Shown: positions 1 to 11,300 of the stretch, in pieces
Position numbering within the stretch: the first letter of the stretch is position 1
Layout of the letters: each line of letters begins with the position of its first letter
DNA from: Gemmatimonadaceae bacterium
GTDB taxonomy: Bacteria > Gemmatimonadota > Gemmatimonadetes > Gemmatimonadales > Gemmatimonadaceae
Direction: 5' to 3'
NCBI GenBank assembly: GCA_044224875.1
Contig: JBGAJQ010000005.1
Span: 78,317 to 142,316 of the forward strand
Length of the DNA: 64,000 bases
Made by a program: the position numbers and the translations under genes
Notes under the pieces: model-generated
Seen by the model: the letters and a program-made list of their open reading frames with translations, nothing else
Database searches by the model: none
What the model was told of the DNA's origin: nothing

Positions 1-1747
1 GCTGGAAGGCGCGCGACCGACCGGCCACTCCGCGTCCGTCGACCGTCACCCCGATCGCGCCGATTTGCACCTGCGGCTGGATAAAGCGAGCCACCAGCGA
101 CGCCTCGAACGACTTCGGGCTGTTCGCGATGATCTGCGGCCCCGTGTAGATCTCCTCGATGATGGGATAGCGCTTGGCCGGATCGAAACCCGCCGGCTTG
201 AAGATCGCCCCGAAGATTGGTGTGGTGCCGTCAGCTGCCATTGTCTCGAATGGCTCCGGCAGGAGATACCCTGCCGCGAGAAAGTCGCTGACGTCGGCTC
301 GGCCCAGCTCCATGAGCATCCGCCCGTCGCTGGTGCTCCGCAGCACCGATCGCGTCGGCTGATCGATGAACGACATGTTGTCGACGAAGTACCGGCCGTC
401 GGGCGAGACCGACACGTCGTGATCGAGCGGCTCGGGTGTCAGGAGCCGGATCGCGCCGCCCTTGCTCGGGAGCGCGTAGAGATGGCGGAGATAGGGATCG
501 CGACCGGCCTCGCGGCCGGTTCCCGTCACCAGCAACGTGCCGGACACCGAGTCGACGCCGGCGACGTCGCGCACCAGCCAGTCTCCCGTCGTTAGGCGGC
601 GCCGGACACCGGAGCGGGGATCGATCCCGTAGAGCTGGAACCAGCCGGTCTGGTCCGAAGTCCAGTAGACCATGTCCGTCTTGGCGTCGTAGAACCAGAA
701 CTGGGTCCAGGTGTCGATGTAGGTGTCGGAGCGATCCTCCGAGAGAACCCGGGCTTCCCCAGTGGCGGCGTCAACCCGATACAGTTGCAGCCGCCGGTCG
801 CCTCGCTCGGCCAGGCGCGCGAACACCGCCTTGCCATCGGCGCTCCACTCATAGTAGGGACCGAAGTAGTAGAGCACTGGATCGGGAGGCAACGTCATCG
901 CGGTTTGCGCGCCGGTCTCCACGTCGAAGAACACGCCGCGGGCCACTGCGGTCACCGTGTCGCCCGGCAACGTGTAGACGTACCGGAACACCCGGGGTGC
1001 GTCGCCGCCCGGCGGGGTCGACTGGACCAGCGCCAAGCGCCGAGCGCCCGCCTGATCGAGGCGGAAGGTCGCGATGCGGCGGGAGTCCGGCGACCATGTG
1101 AGTAGCGGCTGCATGACTGGATGCTCGGTCCCCTGGGCGATCATGATCTTCGGATCGATCACCGGCGTGGCATACGGCGACTCGGTCGTGCCGTCGGTCG
1201 TGAGTTGTCGCTCGCGGCCGTCCCGGGTGGAGATCAGGAACAGGTTGCCGCTGCGCACGACAGCCCGCCACGCGCCGTCGGGCGACTTCTCGCCACCGAG
1301 CGTATCGCTGTCAGGCGTTAGGGCACGCGTGGTGGGGTCGTATTCCCAACTCTTCCCACCAGCCGCAAAGCGGAGGATCCCGGTCTTGGCATCGACGCGG
1401 AGCCCGAGCAGGCGAAAATCCCTGAGCTCGATCGGCTTCCCAGTGGCCGCGGCGAGGGCGGCGATGAGCGCCGCGTGGTCGAACAACGGCCGAGTGGTGC
1501 TGGTGGCAATATCGACCAGGAGATACTCGCGGCCGGCCCTGGTCAGCTTCTCGAACCAGAAGCGCGACGTTTGACCGATCCATTGCGGGCGGACGCTCAA
1601 GCCGGGGATCAATTTGCGGACATGCTGCGGCAACAGTGCTTCGGCCTTTGCGTACGCGGACGGTGGGACCGGCTCCTGCATCGGCGCAGCCGCGAGCGGC
1701 GTTGAACCTGCCAGCGCGAATGTGGCAACTGCCACGAGTCGCTTCAT
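1..1747 (-). CDS. S9B family (dipeptidyl-peptidase IV-like) peptidase, secreted; 3' end runs off the window
   Basis: Absent from the ORF track. Manual translation from ATG 1747 (GGAGG RBS upstream) gives signal peptide MKRLVAVATFALAGS, DPPIV propeller motifs (WSPDSRRIA, VSPDGRYFVD) and the catalytic-domain start KPAGFDPAKRYPIIEEIYTGP...VDGRG. The catalytic Ser lies outside the window. Confidence 0.88.
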   Translation of the reverse strand, partial: MKRLVAVATFALAGSTPLAAAPMQEPVPPSAYAKAEALLPQHVRKLIPGLSVRPQWIGQTSRFWFEKLTRAGREYLLVDIATSTTRPLFDHAALIAALAAATGKPIELRDFRLLGLRVDAKTGILRFAAGGKSWEYDPTTRALTPDSDTLGGEKSPDGAWRAVVRSGNLFLISTRDGRERQLTTDGTTESPYATPVIDPKIMIAQGTEHPVMQPLLTWSPDSRRIATFRLDQAGARRLALVQSTPPGGDAPRVFRYVYTLPGDTVTAVARGVFFDVETGAQTAMTLPPDPVLYYFGPYYEWSADGKAVFARLAERGDRRLQLYRVDAATGEARVLSEDRSDTYIDTWTQFWFYDAKTDMVYWTSDQTGWFQLYGIDPRSGVRRRLTTGDWLVRDVAGVDSVSGTLLVTGTGREAGRDPYLRHLYALPSKGGAIRLLTPEPLDHDVSVSPDGRYFVDNMSFIDQPTRSVLRSTSDGRMLMELGRADVSDFLAAGYLLPEPFETMAADGTTPIFGAIFKPAGFDPAKRYPIIEEIYTGPQIIANSPKSFEASLVARFIQPQVQIGAIGVTVDGRGVAGRSRAFQ

Positions 1748-2320
1748 CCTCGCCTCCTTCTGGGAACGTGCGACGGCAGGCGACGGGCCTGGTCGTCAAT
1801 ATCGGCAATCAGGCTGCAATCGGGCCGGGGGATGGTACCCTGGTCGGTAACTGGTTGCAAGGCTCCATATAGGGTAGCTTTGCCAAAAGGGGCGCCGGCG
1901 TCACCCGGCTACTCTCGGTCGATCTCACGTTAGGCTGGGCGTGACATGAGGCCGTCGAACAAGAAGCTCCTGTCGACAAGCAGGGTAAGGAATGGCGCGC
2001 TTCGCGCGGTTTCATCTGTTCGGCCGACTCCATCCATTAGTACACGGGGTCGTTCCCGAGTGCGGTTGTCGAATCGGGCATCGTGCGGTGGACACGGTTG
2101 AACTCTTGGAGTCCAGCACGTATGTCTGGGGAACTACTCTGAGGCCGTGCTTTCAAGGACAGCCGCGGAGCGAGCAGAGAGGCCGATTCGTTATGCGCTG
2201 GTCCGACTTTCAAGCACAAGGCTCATCCGACGCTACTACCGCTTCCCGGTGTCGACCGTCGCTCCATCGAATGCTTCCGGCGACAAAGCGCACTAGGCGT
2301 CAGCTGACCGGTCCACTCGC

Positions 2321-3571
2321 GTGAACGGTTCGACACGCCTCGTCTGGCTGCTCTCCCTCGTCAGCCTCGTCGGCTACGCACTCCGCACGAACATCACGGT
2401 CGCGCAGGAGTACATGGCCCCCGAACTCGGCCTCTCCATGCGCGATTTGGGCGTCATTTCGGCGTGGGGATTCCAACTGAGTTACGCGATCTTCCAGATC
2501 CCCGGGGGCTTCCTCGGCGATCGCTACGGGGCGCGACTCGTCCTGTTCCTCGCCATCCTTGGCTGGAGCCTGGCGAGTCTGGCGTCGGGGCTCGTACCTG
2601 CCAGTGCGGGATTCGCGTTCGCTACGTTGTTCGCCGCTCGCGTGCTGCTCGGTGCCGCGCAAGCCGCGACGTATCCGGTGGCGGCGATGGCGGCAGCACA
2701 ATTTGTCCCGGCCGAACGTCGCGTCGGTGCAAGCGCGATGTATCTCGCATCCGCCTTGCTGGGGTCCGCACTGGCACCGTTGACGCTCGCTCCCGTTATG
2801 GTCTGGGCGGGCTGGCGATCCGTGTTCCTGGTGAGCGCCGCGGTGGGAGCGATCGCTGCGTTTGCCTGGCTCGCGTTTGCCCCGCGCCGAGTGGAGGTAT
2901 CTGGAACCCTGCGCTACGTGCCGCTCCACGCGCAGGTGAAAGAGATCGCCGTTCTCCTGAAGCAGCGCAATCTCCTCTTGTTGTCGCTGTCGTACCTACT
3001 GCACTCGGCCACCTACTTCGTATTCGTGTTCTGGTTCTTCCGCTACCTGGTGGAGGGCCGTGGTTTTGGTGTGCTGGCGAGTGGTGTGTGGGGAAGCACG
3101 CCCTACTTCATGGCGTTCATCATCGCGCCGTTGGTGGGCCACGCAACCGATCGCTTGGCTCGGCGCGTTGGGCCTGCCGTGGCCAGGCGCCGCGCCGCGA
3201 TGGCCTGCCTGATTACGGGCGCCACACTGGTCGTCATCGGTGCGAATCTGCCGACGGCGTGGATGGCGGTGCTGACGTTGGGGCTGTCGGTGGGCCTGAT
3301 CGCCTCCGCGGAGGCGCCGTATTGGACGACCACCACCGCCGAGGGTTCGCACAACCCGGGTACCGCAGGTGGATTGTTGAACCTGATGGGAAACCTTGGC
3401 GGCGTGCTCTCGATCTGGTTGGTGCCCATCATGAAGGATGCGTGGGGATGGGGGCCGATGCTCGGATTCTGGGCGGCTGTTGCTGTAGCGGCGGCGAGCT
3501 TGTGGATGACGTTGTCGGTGAAGCGCGCGTTTGGAATGGGCGGTCGCCAAAACGCGGTTGGCACTGGCTAG
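2321..3571 (+). CDS. MFS transporter (anion:cation symporter-like)
   Basis: About 12 hydrophobic segments; motif A-like QIPGGFLGDRYGAR; GGLLNLMGNLGG. Confidence 0.9.
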   Translation: MNGSTRLVWLLSLVSLVGYALRTNITVAQEYMAPELGLSMRDLGVISAWGFQLSYAIFQIPGGFLGDRYGARLVLFLAILGWSLASLASGLVPASAGFAFATLFAARVLLGAAQAATYPVAAMAAAQFVPAERRVGASAMYLASALLGSALAPLTLAPVMVWAGWRSVFLVSAAVGAIAAFAWLAFAPRRVEVSGTLRYVPLHAQVKEIAVLLKQRNLLLLSLSYLLHSATYFVFVFWFFRYLVEGRGFGVLASGVWGSTPYFMAFIIAPLVGHATDRLARRVGPAVARRRAAMACLITGATLVVIGANLPTAWMAVLTLGLSVGLIASAEAPYWTTTTAEGSHNPGTAGGLLNLMGNLGGVLSIWLVPIMKDAWGWGPMLGFWAAVAVAAASLWMTLSVKRAFGMGGRQNAVGTG

Positions 3572-3681
3572 CCGCAGACACTCCCGACGCGTGTGGATCC
3601 GGCTTGCCTGTCGCCGCCTCGCGGTCTAGTCTTTGCCCCACCACTCCCGGTGCGTGCGCGGAACCTCGGCAGGAGGAGCTG

Positions 3682-6204
3682 GTGGAGCCCAACCGTTGGC
3701 AGGCGGTCGAGGCGTTGCTCGACAAAGCGCTGGACGCAGGCCCTCAGCACTGGGCGGAGGTCGTGAGGTCGGGCAGTGCGGGGGATGACGCCCTGCGCGA
3801 TGAGGTCATGTCGCTGCTCGCGCATCATCCCCGCACGCACGAGTTCCTGTTGCGCGGGGCAGCCGGCGTCATGGAGAACCTTGAGCGCCCCGAGGCCCTT
3901 CTTGCAGCGGGGACGACGATTGGCCCATGGCGCGTGATCGAAGAGATCGGGCGCGGAGGCATGTCCCGCGTATACCGCGGAGAACGCAGCGACGGCGCGT
4001 TTGAGCAGGCGGTGGCGATCAAGATCCTGCGTGCTGGTCTCGATAGCGCGATCGACGTCGACCGCTTTCGGCGCGAACGCCAGATTCTTGCTGCCCTCGA
4101 ACACCCGAACATTGCTCGCCTGCTGGACGGAGGAACCACTGCCGACGGCCGGCCGTATCTCGTGCTCGAACTCGTGGACGGTGAGCCGATCCACGACTGG
4201 TGCTCGGCGCGACAGCTCACCACACGGGACCGCGTTAGGCTCGGCGTCACGGTCGCGCGCGCAGTCGCGCATGCACACCGGCAACTGGTGATTCATCGCG
4301 ACCTCAAGCCGACCAACATCCTGGTGACGCAGGAAGGGAATCCCAAACTACTCGACTTTGGCATCGCTAAACTCCTCGACGCGGGCGGTACCAGTACCGA
4401 CACGGCGACCCGACACCGCTGGCTGTCGCCTGGGTATGCCGCGCCGGAGCAAGTGCGAGGCGAGGTGACCACCACCGCCACCGACGTGTACCAGCTGGGC
4501 GTCGTCTTGTTCGAGCTGCTCACCGGGCGTAGGCCGATTGAAGTGACGGCGCAGCCGTACGAACTCGCTGTGCTGCAGCAGGACCCGGTGCGCCCATCGA
4601 CCGTACGATCCGAGCTTGCCGGAGATCTCGACGCGATCCTTCTCAAGGCGCTGCGCCCAAGCCCGAGCGACCGGTACCAGTCCGCCGATGAGTTGGCGGA
4701 TGACCTCGAGCGTATTGAGCGACGTGAGCCGGTGCGCGCCCGAGAGGGAGAGCGTGCGTATCAGGTGCGGCGCTTTCTCGCGCGGCGCGCTCGGCTCGTC
4801 GCCACCGCAGTCGCCGCTGTGGGTGCGGTTGGAGCATACACGGCGACCGTCGCTCGCCAGAACCAGCGGATCTCGCTTGCGTTGGCCGAATCGAACCGTT
4901 TGCGAGAGAAGGCTGACCGGACCACATGGTTTCTCGTGGATCTCTTTCGCTCGCAAACCGCCGAAGCTGGCTCCGCCGATTCCGTTCCGGCGGCGATGCT
5001 GATTGCCCGGGGAGAAGCAGTAGCGCGCGCGAGAACGCACGACCCTGGCCTTCAGGCAGCGATGCTTGAAGTCTTGGGGGTGATTCGTGGCGACATGGGC
5101 GCCGACAGCGCGGCCCGTGCCAACTTTGTCGAGGCGCTCGCGATTGCCCGGGGCCTACCGTCCGCCAGCCAAGCAGAACTTGCGCACTTCGAACGGCAGA
5201 TTGCCGACGTTGACGTTAGGTTGCGCAACCTGGACTCGGCCGAGTCTGGATTCCGAAGGGCGTTGGCGGTGCAGCGCCGAGTGCTCGGCGACACGGCCAC
5301 GGCGACGCGGTATACGATGCTCATGCTCGCGCTGGCGATCCACGCGCGCCAGGGAGACGAGGCCAACGCGCTGATCGACGAATGGGAGCGTCTCTCCAAG
5401 AACCTAACGATCGAGCCGGACCCGGAGGTCGCGCAGCAGTTCGCGTCCATGGCAGACCTGCTCGGTTACTTCTCCGACGACAGCACCCAGCTGGCGAGAG
5501 CAGAGTGGTACGCGCGAGCCCGCGTGAAGATCTATGAGCAGGTCTACGGCGGTCGCGGCTTCGACATGGCGGACGCTCTGGAACAGCTGGGATGGATACG
5601 ATCGCGTCAGGGGCACCCGGAAGATGCGCTTGCGTTGATGCGACGCTCGCTTGCGGAGCACGAAGCGCTTTTTCCCCAGGGGCATCGGTCGGTCGCCAGC
5701 ACCCACGAGAAGCTGGGGACCGCGCTACGCGATATGGGCAAGCCCGACTCGGCGCTGGTGCACTACGCCGCGGCGTTGCAGATGACGGTGCGTCTGGAAC
5801 CATCGGATACCCTGGTGATCGCCGGCTTGCGACACGTGTACGGAGATGCACTGAGCCGCACGGGACGGCATCGGGAAGCGATCCGCGAGTTGCAGAGAAG
5901 CATCGCGGAATTCCAGACGCGCGTGAGCCCTGGCAGCGGGTTGCTCGGCGCCACGCGCATCTCGCTCGCGGGCGCGTTGGCCGGCGACCGTCGGTATCGT
6001 GAGGCAGAACACCTGCTGCGCAGTGTGTACGAGACGCTCCGCGCCAAACGCGGAATGCGAGACCGTATCACACTCCGTGCCGCCGACGGACTCGTGGACC
6101 TCTATGATCGCCTCGGCCGAGCGAGCGAGGCGGCACAGCTCCGCGCCGTGGTCAGTGAGGCGCGGTCTCTGCCGGTGCCATCGCCGGTGCCTACACCCAA
6201 GTGA
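3682..6204 (+). CDS. Membrane Hanks-type Ser/Thr kinase with C-terminal TPR region
   Basis: GRGGMSRVY, VAIK, HRDLKPTN, DFGIAK, YAAPE, then a TM segment and TPRs. Start placed at GTG 3682 after AGGAGGAG; the track ORF from 2464 overlaps the MFS gene. Confidence 0.92.
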   Translation: MEPNRWQAVEALLDKALDAGPQHWAEVVRSGSAGDDALRDEVMSLLAHHPRTHEFLLRGAAGVMENLERPEALLAAGTTIGPWRVIEEIGRGGMSRVYRGERSDGAFEQAVAIKILRAGLDSAIDVDRFRRERQILAALEHPNIARLLDGGTTADGRPYLVLELVDGEPIHDWCSARQLTTRDRVRLGVTVARAVAHAHRQLVIHRDLKPTNILVTQEGNPKLLDFGIAKLLDAGGTSTDTATRHRWLSPGYAAPEQVRGEVTTTATDVYQLGVVLFELLTGRRPIEVTAQPYELAVLQQDPVRPSTVRSELAGDLDAILLKALRPSPSDRYQSADELADDLERIERREPVRAREGERAYQVRRFLARRARLVATAVAAVGAVGAYTATVARQNQRISLALAESNRLREKADRTTWFLVDLFRSQTAEAGSADSVPAAMLIARGEAVARARTHDPGLQAAMLEVLGVIRGDMGADSAARANFVEALAIARGLPSASQAELAHFERQIADVDVRLRNLDSAESGFRRALAVQRRVLGDTATATRYTMLMLALAIHARQGDEANALIDEWERLSKNLTIEPDPEVAQQFASMADLLGYFSDDSTQLARAEWYARARVKIYEQVYGGRGFDMADALEQLGWIRSRQGHPEDALALMRRSLAEHEALFPQGHRSVASTHEKLGTALRDMGKPDSALVHYAAALQMTVRLEPSDTLVIAGLRHVYGDALSRTGRHREAIRELQRSIAEFQTRVSPGSGLLGATRISLAGALAGDRRYREAEHLLRSVYETLRAKRGMRDRITLRAADGLVDLYDRLGRASEAAQLRAVVSEARSLPVPSPVPTPK

Positions 6205-6737
6205 GCGACCCCAGGACGGCGTCACCGCGCGCGCCGAACCAGCCGCTTGACGATGCCGTATATCGAGAGCTCAAACGCATTGCCCATGCCTTGCTTCGTG
6301 CGCGTGCCCCGGAGCACACGCTGCGCACGACGGAGCTCGTGCATGAAGCCTACCTGCGACTCGGCGGACCCAAGGCGTTCGCCTCCGCTGCGCACTTCTA
6401 CGGGTCGGCGGCGCGGGCGATGCGCCTGGTGTTGGTTGACCTCGCGCGACAGCGATATGCGGCCAAGCGCGGGGGCCAGCGGCGTCAGGTAGCGTTGACC
6501 ACTGCGTCTGCAGTGATCAACATTGATTTGGATCGCCTGCTGGAGTTCGATGCCGCGCTGGAGAGCCTGCGTGGAGTAAGCGCACGGTTGCACCAAGTCG
6601 TCGAGCTACGATTCTTCGCCGGACTCTCGGTCGACGAGGTGGCCACCTGCTTACAGGTGACCACTCGGACCGTTGAACGCGATTGGACGAAGGCGCGACT
6701 CTTCCTTGCGCGCGCGCTCGACGAGGTCCGACCGTAG
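6201..6737 (+). CDS. ECF sigma factor of the Ser/Thr-kinase-associated type
   Basis: VYRELKRIA...HTLRTTELVHEAYLRL, AKRGG, VELRFFAGLS..EVA, TVERDW..AR. GTGA overlap with the kinase stop. Confidence 0.92.
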   Translation: MSDPRTASPRAPNQPLDDAVYRELKRIAHALLRARAPEHTLRTTELVHEAYLRLGGPKAFASAAHFYGSAARAMRLVLVDLARQRYAAKRGGQRRQVALTTASAVINIDLDRLLEFDAALESLRGVSARLHQVVELRFFAGLSVDEVATCLQVTTRTVERDWTKARLFLARALDEVRP

Positions 6738-6764
6738 ACGCGTGAGCTCAGGCGTTCCGCGCAG

Positions 6765-7841
6765 TCAATCGCAGATCTGACCTTCGACCGCCATGCGACG
6801 CCAAATGACTCCGCGCTGCAGGCCAGTGGTCTTGCTGACCACGGTCCCGGCGATCGTGCCGCACGTGTTGACGGAGTTCGCAAACGCGAAACTCGCCCCA
6901 GCCGGGAGCGGCAAGTTTTCGATCGTGCCGTAGATCCTCGTGAAGGCGCCCTGCCCAGTGCGCGTGCCCACCAGGCGGCCCTTGTTGCTGATCCGCGGGG
7001 CGTCCCCTCGGCAGTTCCGCTCGACGGCCTTCACGCCGATGGAGATCATGCCGAATCCGAACGTATACACGATCGATGAGTCTGGCCCGACACCTACAAC
7101 CATGTTTCCATCGTTGATGTCGGAAGCGCAGTATCCGGCGTCGGACAGGTCTTGCCATCCGTTCAAGCTGAGGCGCAAGGCACCGACACCGAGTGCCCAC
7201 GACGTGCCGACAACCACTCCGGCGCCATTGAGGGCGACGCCATCGGGAAGCGGGCCGGCGAGTTCGTTCGCAACATAGGCGCCATTGTGCGAACGCGTCC
7301 AAAGGTAGGCATCGGGGTCTCCCACACCGAACCCCGCAATCGAGCCTGCCTCGTTGATGTCGAAGGCACCGGCGGAATACGTGAGCGCATTCGTCGGTAA
7401 GATGGTTGTGATTCCCGCCGCGTTGCGGTAGAACGCCGAATCCTCCAGTTGCGGCGCGGTATCGTAGAAGCCCCCGCCGCGAGAAACAAAGCCAACAATC
7501 TCGCCCGAACTGTTGATGCCCCGCGCGACGTGCGAGATGCGCCCGTTGCCGAGGGCGAGCAGCTGCAACGCGCCACCGGCCGCGCGGAAGGCGGTCGTCG
7601 TCTGGATGTTCGCCCCCGTCTGCGCGGATCCTACTACCACATTTGAGTCGTTGACGGCCCACGACCGTACGCGTGGATACCAGTCGGAACCGATGTAGCT
7701 GACTTGCCACGACGCGGAGCCGAGGCCTCGGAGCGCCGCATCGGGAGCAAGCGGTGTGCGTGGCGACGCGGGGTCGAGGCAAGCAGCGGTGAACATGAGC
7801 AGTGCAAACCGCGCGTAACGTGTGATCTCAGGACGGAACAT
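6765..7841 (-). CDS. Lipoprotein with HAF-type extracellular repeats (beta-propeller-like)
   Basis: Lipobox FTAAC after MFRPEITRYARFALL; repeated A.(G/D)IN..G.(I/V)VG units. Confidence 0.75.
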   Translation of the reverse strand: MFRPEITRYARFALLMFTAACLDPASPRTPLAPDAALRGLGSASWQVSYIGSDWYPRVRSWAVNDSNVVVGSAQTGANIQTTTAFRAAGGALQLLALGNGRISHVARGINSSGEIVGFVSRGGGFYDTAPQLEDSAFYRNAAGITTILPTNALTYSAGAFDINEAGSIAGFGVGDPDAYLWTRSHNGAYVANELAGPLPDGVALNGAGVVVGTSWALGVGALRLSLNGWQDLSDAGYCASDINDGNMVVGVGPDSSIVYTFGFGMISIGVKAVERNCRGDAPRISNKGRLVGTRTGQGAFTRIYGTIENLPLPAGASFAFANSVNTCGTIAGTVVSKTTGLQRGVIWRRMAVEGQICD

Positions 7842-8340
7842 GTCGGGCTCGAGAGAAGAGGGGGCGGGAAAGGCCAACCCTTCTTCATTCGTAAGATCGT
7901 CCCTTCGCCCGACATCGGCCCGCCGGCGGCCGCTCTCGGTCGGGGGCGCGTCCTCGCGGCGGAAGACGAGGTCGTGACCCCCACCTCGCGCTTCCACACG
8001 AGCCGCGATATCCGTTCCTGTAGACGTGGGAAGGGTACCTGCCCGCGGCCGGCGCCATCGGCACAACAGGGCACGGACCAGCACGATGAGTCACGACGGA
8101 CGAGCGGAGCTCGCTCCCGCTCGATAGCGGGTGCATCTTCTTGCTTTGGCTCCAGGACGCCCTCGGTCTCCGGCCGAACATCGCGTTTCGCTCTGGCGAG
8201 CACTCCAGCTGACGAGCCTTGGGGCGATGAAGAGTCTGGTGCGCCTCAGCGGCGGCCGCATCCACGACTACGGATTCGGCAACCTTGCCCGCCACGAAGC
8301 GTGCGCGCATCCTAGCGATGACCCAGCTCTCGTGGCTCGC

Positions 8341-11300
8341 ATGCGCACGCTTCTGCGCCTCCTCTCCGTCACCTGCTTCCTCACCGCGCGGCTCCGTGCG
8401 CAGGAAAGCCTCCGCTGCCCAGGCGCAACCGTCGGCTGGCAATTCACGTCAGCCTCAACCCCACCCATCCTTCTCCCCGAGGCTTCGCAAGTCGACGCCA
8501 TCTGGAAATCACTCGACCCGGCTGCCGGCGGCAGCGCCGGTCCGCTCGGCTGCCCCACCGGATACGCCGTCGTCGTCGTTCTCGACGCACTCAGCGGTTG
8601 GAACGGTATTGCACAGGGATTCCAACGCGGCTGGATTCTGGTGGGCCGCTTCCCACAGCTCAACTTCCAAGCGGCATTCGTCCATGGACTGGGCGGGTGG
8701 ACGGTCTGGTGGAAGGGCGACCAAAGCAGTGGATATGGCGCCGGACTCGTTCCAGCCGGACGGGACGGGCCGGCGACGGCCTACTCCGCCGCCCCCGCGG
8801 CGACATGGGCGCGTGGCGGCTGGATTCGAAGTAGCCAGCAAACCGAGTTCATCTCGCTATGGAAGTGTCAGGGCAATCCTTGCACCTGGCGGTACGCGAC
8901 ACCGGAGTTTTACCAGCAGGAGCGTCCGTTCGACTTCGCTGCGCGATTGGACGTCCCGAGTATGGCGACGCCGAGCCCTGGCCGATTCGGCGAACGCGTG
9001 AACGCGGCGCTTCCGGACTGGCTTCCATGCTTCACTCGGCTGGACGCCAGCGACCAACCGGGCGAAGGGGAAGTGGCGCGTGCCACCGTGAAGCTGCGAC
9101 GCGAAGGGGCGTGCGCGATCGACGGACACTCACCTCGCGCGGCGGCCGATGCCTGGTTGGGGAGCGCGACACTCCGTCCCGGGCGTGCACCGGGGACGGA
9201 TGCCGACGATAGCGACTGTCCGCGCAGCGGGGACCTGGACATCGATACGTCGCAATTGCTGCTTCTGATCTTCCGGCACCGCGACAAGCTGAGTGTGACC
9301 ACCCTCAACCACCTCCGCGCCTTGCTCGCCCCTTGGGGCGGAACACCTCGGGTCAGCCCGTATGTCACGCCGCCTAACGAAACATGCTATGGCTTCCAGA
9401 TCATTGAGACGGAAAATCACATTCTGCTTCAGGAGGCGTCGCGCTACCTGATCAACGCGCTGCTCAGCGAGAACGCCCCGGTGCCGAATGTCGCCAACCG
9501 CGACTGGCTGCTACGCTTCTTGGGGCCGATCGTCCGTCGCGACATGTACGAGTACAACGCGTTGCCGTACACTCGCTACCAAATGAAGGCATTGCTCGCG
9601 TTGCACGACCATGCACCGGACAGCGTCGTGTCGAGAGCGGCGCGCGGCGTGCTGCACTGGCTCATGGCGAAGGAAGCGCTCTCCGGGAATCTCGATCGCG
9701 ACATGCGTCCATATCGCCGGCTCCCGGACGCCAAGCTCTTTGCCGCCACCGATTGGTGGGGAAGCCAGGCCACAGCCACAACATTGGAGGCGGCCTTCCT
9801 GGCCGGCCCGATCCAGCATGGACACGAGGACATCGACCTGCAGCTCGATACCGCGACCACAAGGGCGGCGCTCAGCGACTTGGCGCGTTTTCCAGCGCTG
9901 GGTACGGTCGACGAGGACCAACTCGCTGAGTTGATCGACATCGCCGACTCGAAGTACCGGCTGCCGAGTGCCATTCGGGATTGGCGCGTGACGCGATACA
10001 ACGACAATGCGGCCAATCGCGTCACGTACGTGCAGGGCATCCGGCACCAGTCGCCCGTGGCCGAGGATCCCGCGCTGTTCAATCAGGCGAACGACGGTGT
10101 GGAGCTGGTGTCAGGGAACCGCAACTGGACGATTGTGGCTGGCGGTGAACCCATCGGCCCCGGCATCCCTGGCGACCCGCCACGAAGCACGGCGACGGCG
10201 CTCGCCTATGCGCTAATTGCCGCTGCCGTCCTGGCGGCCCTCATGCTGCTGATCGCAGTTCTTGCCGGTGTCGGCACGGTGACCGTGGTCGGCGGTGCGG
10301 CGACCGCCATTGCAGCGATCATCGGACTCTTGGTCGGAACCTTCGTGCCGCAGACGATTGCCTCGAACAAACAGTCGGACAAGCTGTGGGAGAACCAAAC
10401 GGCCGTCATGCGACCGACACTCCTGATTCCGTCGGCCGGTGGCCTCAGTCGAGGCCAGACGTTGCGATTCGGCCAGCCCGTCATCGCTCGGCCTAACGAG
10501 AATCCCGACCCGCGAACGTGTGTCGCTGAAGGGTTTCTGTGCGGGTTTGACCTGGAGATGCCATCGCACCCGTTCAACGCGAGCGACCTGGCGAAGTGTC
10601 CGATCACTCCGGAGCTTCCCATCCCGATCACCTCGATGCTCGCATCCACCCCCGCTGGAACGCCACCCGTCGTGCCGCGACTGGGCTGCCTCTTGCATCG
10701 GGAGGAGAGCACGCGCGGGTGGACGGTGTGGGAGTTCGAGTTTGGCACCCTGGCGATGCGCGAGGGCGACGCGGTGGGGTCAGAGCATGTCGCGGCGGCA
10801 TGGATGGACACCACCTTCCAGAAGCAACAGCGCTTCGTACACATACAGTGGAAGCTGCCGGGAGAGAGTCACGACTGGTACAACGTCCACGCCTACAACA
10901 CCGAGGCACATCCGACTGATGGGGAAGCCGTGGGCGGCGACGTGGACTACGCCAACTCGGGGAACGTCGACGATAGCGACACGTGGAGCGAGGGGAGCGT
11001 CACCTTCACCTGGCCGGACTACCTGGCAGACGCGCAACGGTCGTTCATCGTCGAGGCCTGCGATCCGACGTACACGAAGATCCTCTTCGTCAAGGTGAAG
11101 GACGGCCACGCCTGCCACGCCAATATCTTGCCGCGGCTGTCTGTGCCACTGGCACTACCACCCAAGCAGCCGTTCAGCTGTAAGGCGAAGCCGTTCGGGC
11201 GCGAGGCACTGGTCATGGAAGTGGGTGAGTCGTGTTCGAACAGTCCGTACGGCATGTTCGTGTTCGTATGGACGAAAGGGTGTCCGTCGAACACGCGCGG

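Noticed and set aside
65..1872. Numerous short plus- and minus-strand ORFs in the track, here and throughout the window
   Set aside because: Shadow ORFs of real genes (here the S9 peptidase), with biased Arg/Pro/Ala composition and no motifs.
2464..3681. 406-codon N-terminal extension of the kinase overlapping the MFS gene
   Set aside because: Alternate-frame ORF typical of high-GC DNA; a strong RBS and GTG at 3682 give a normal kinase start.
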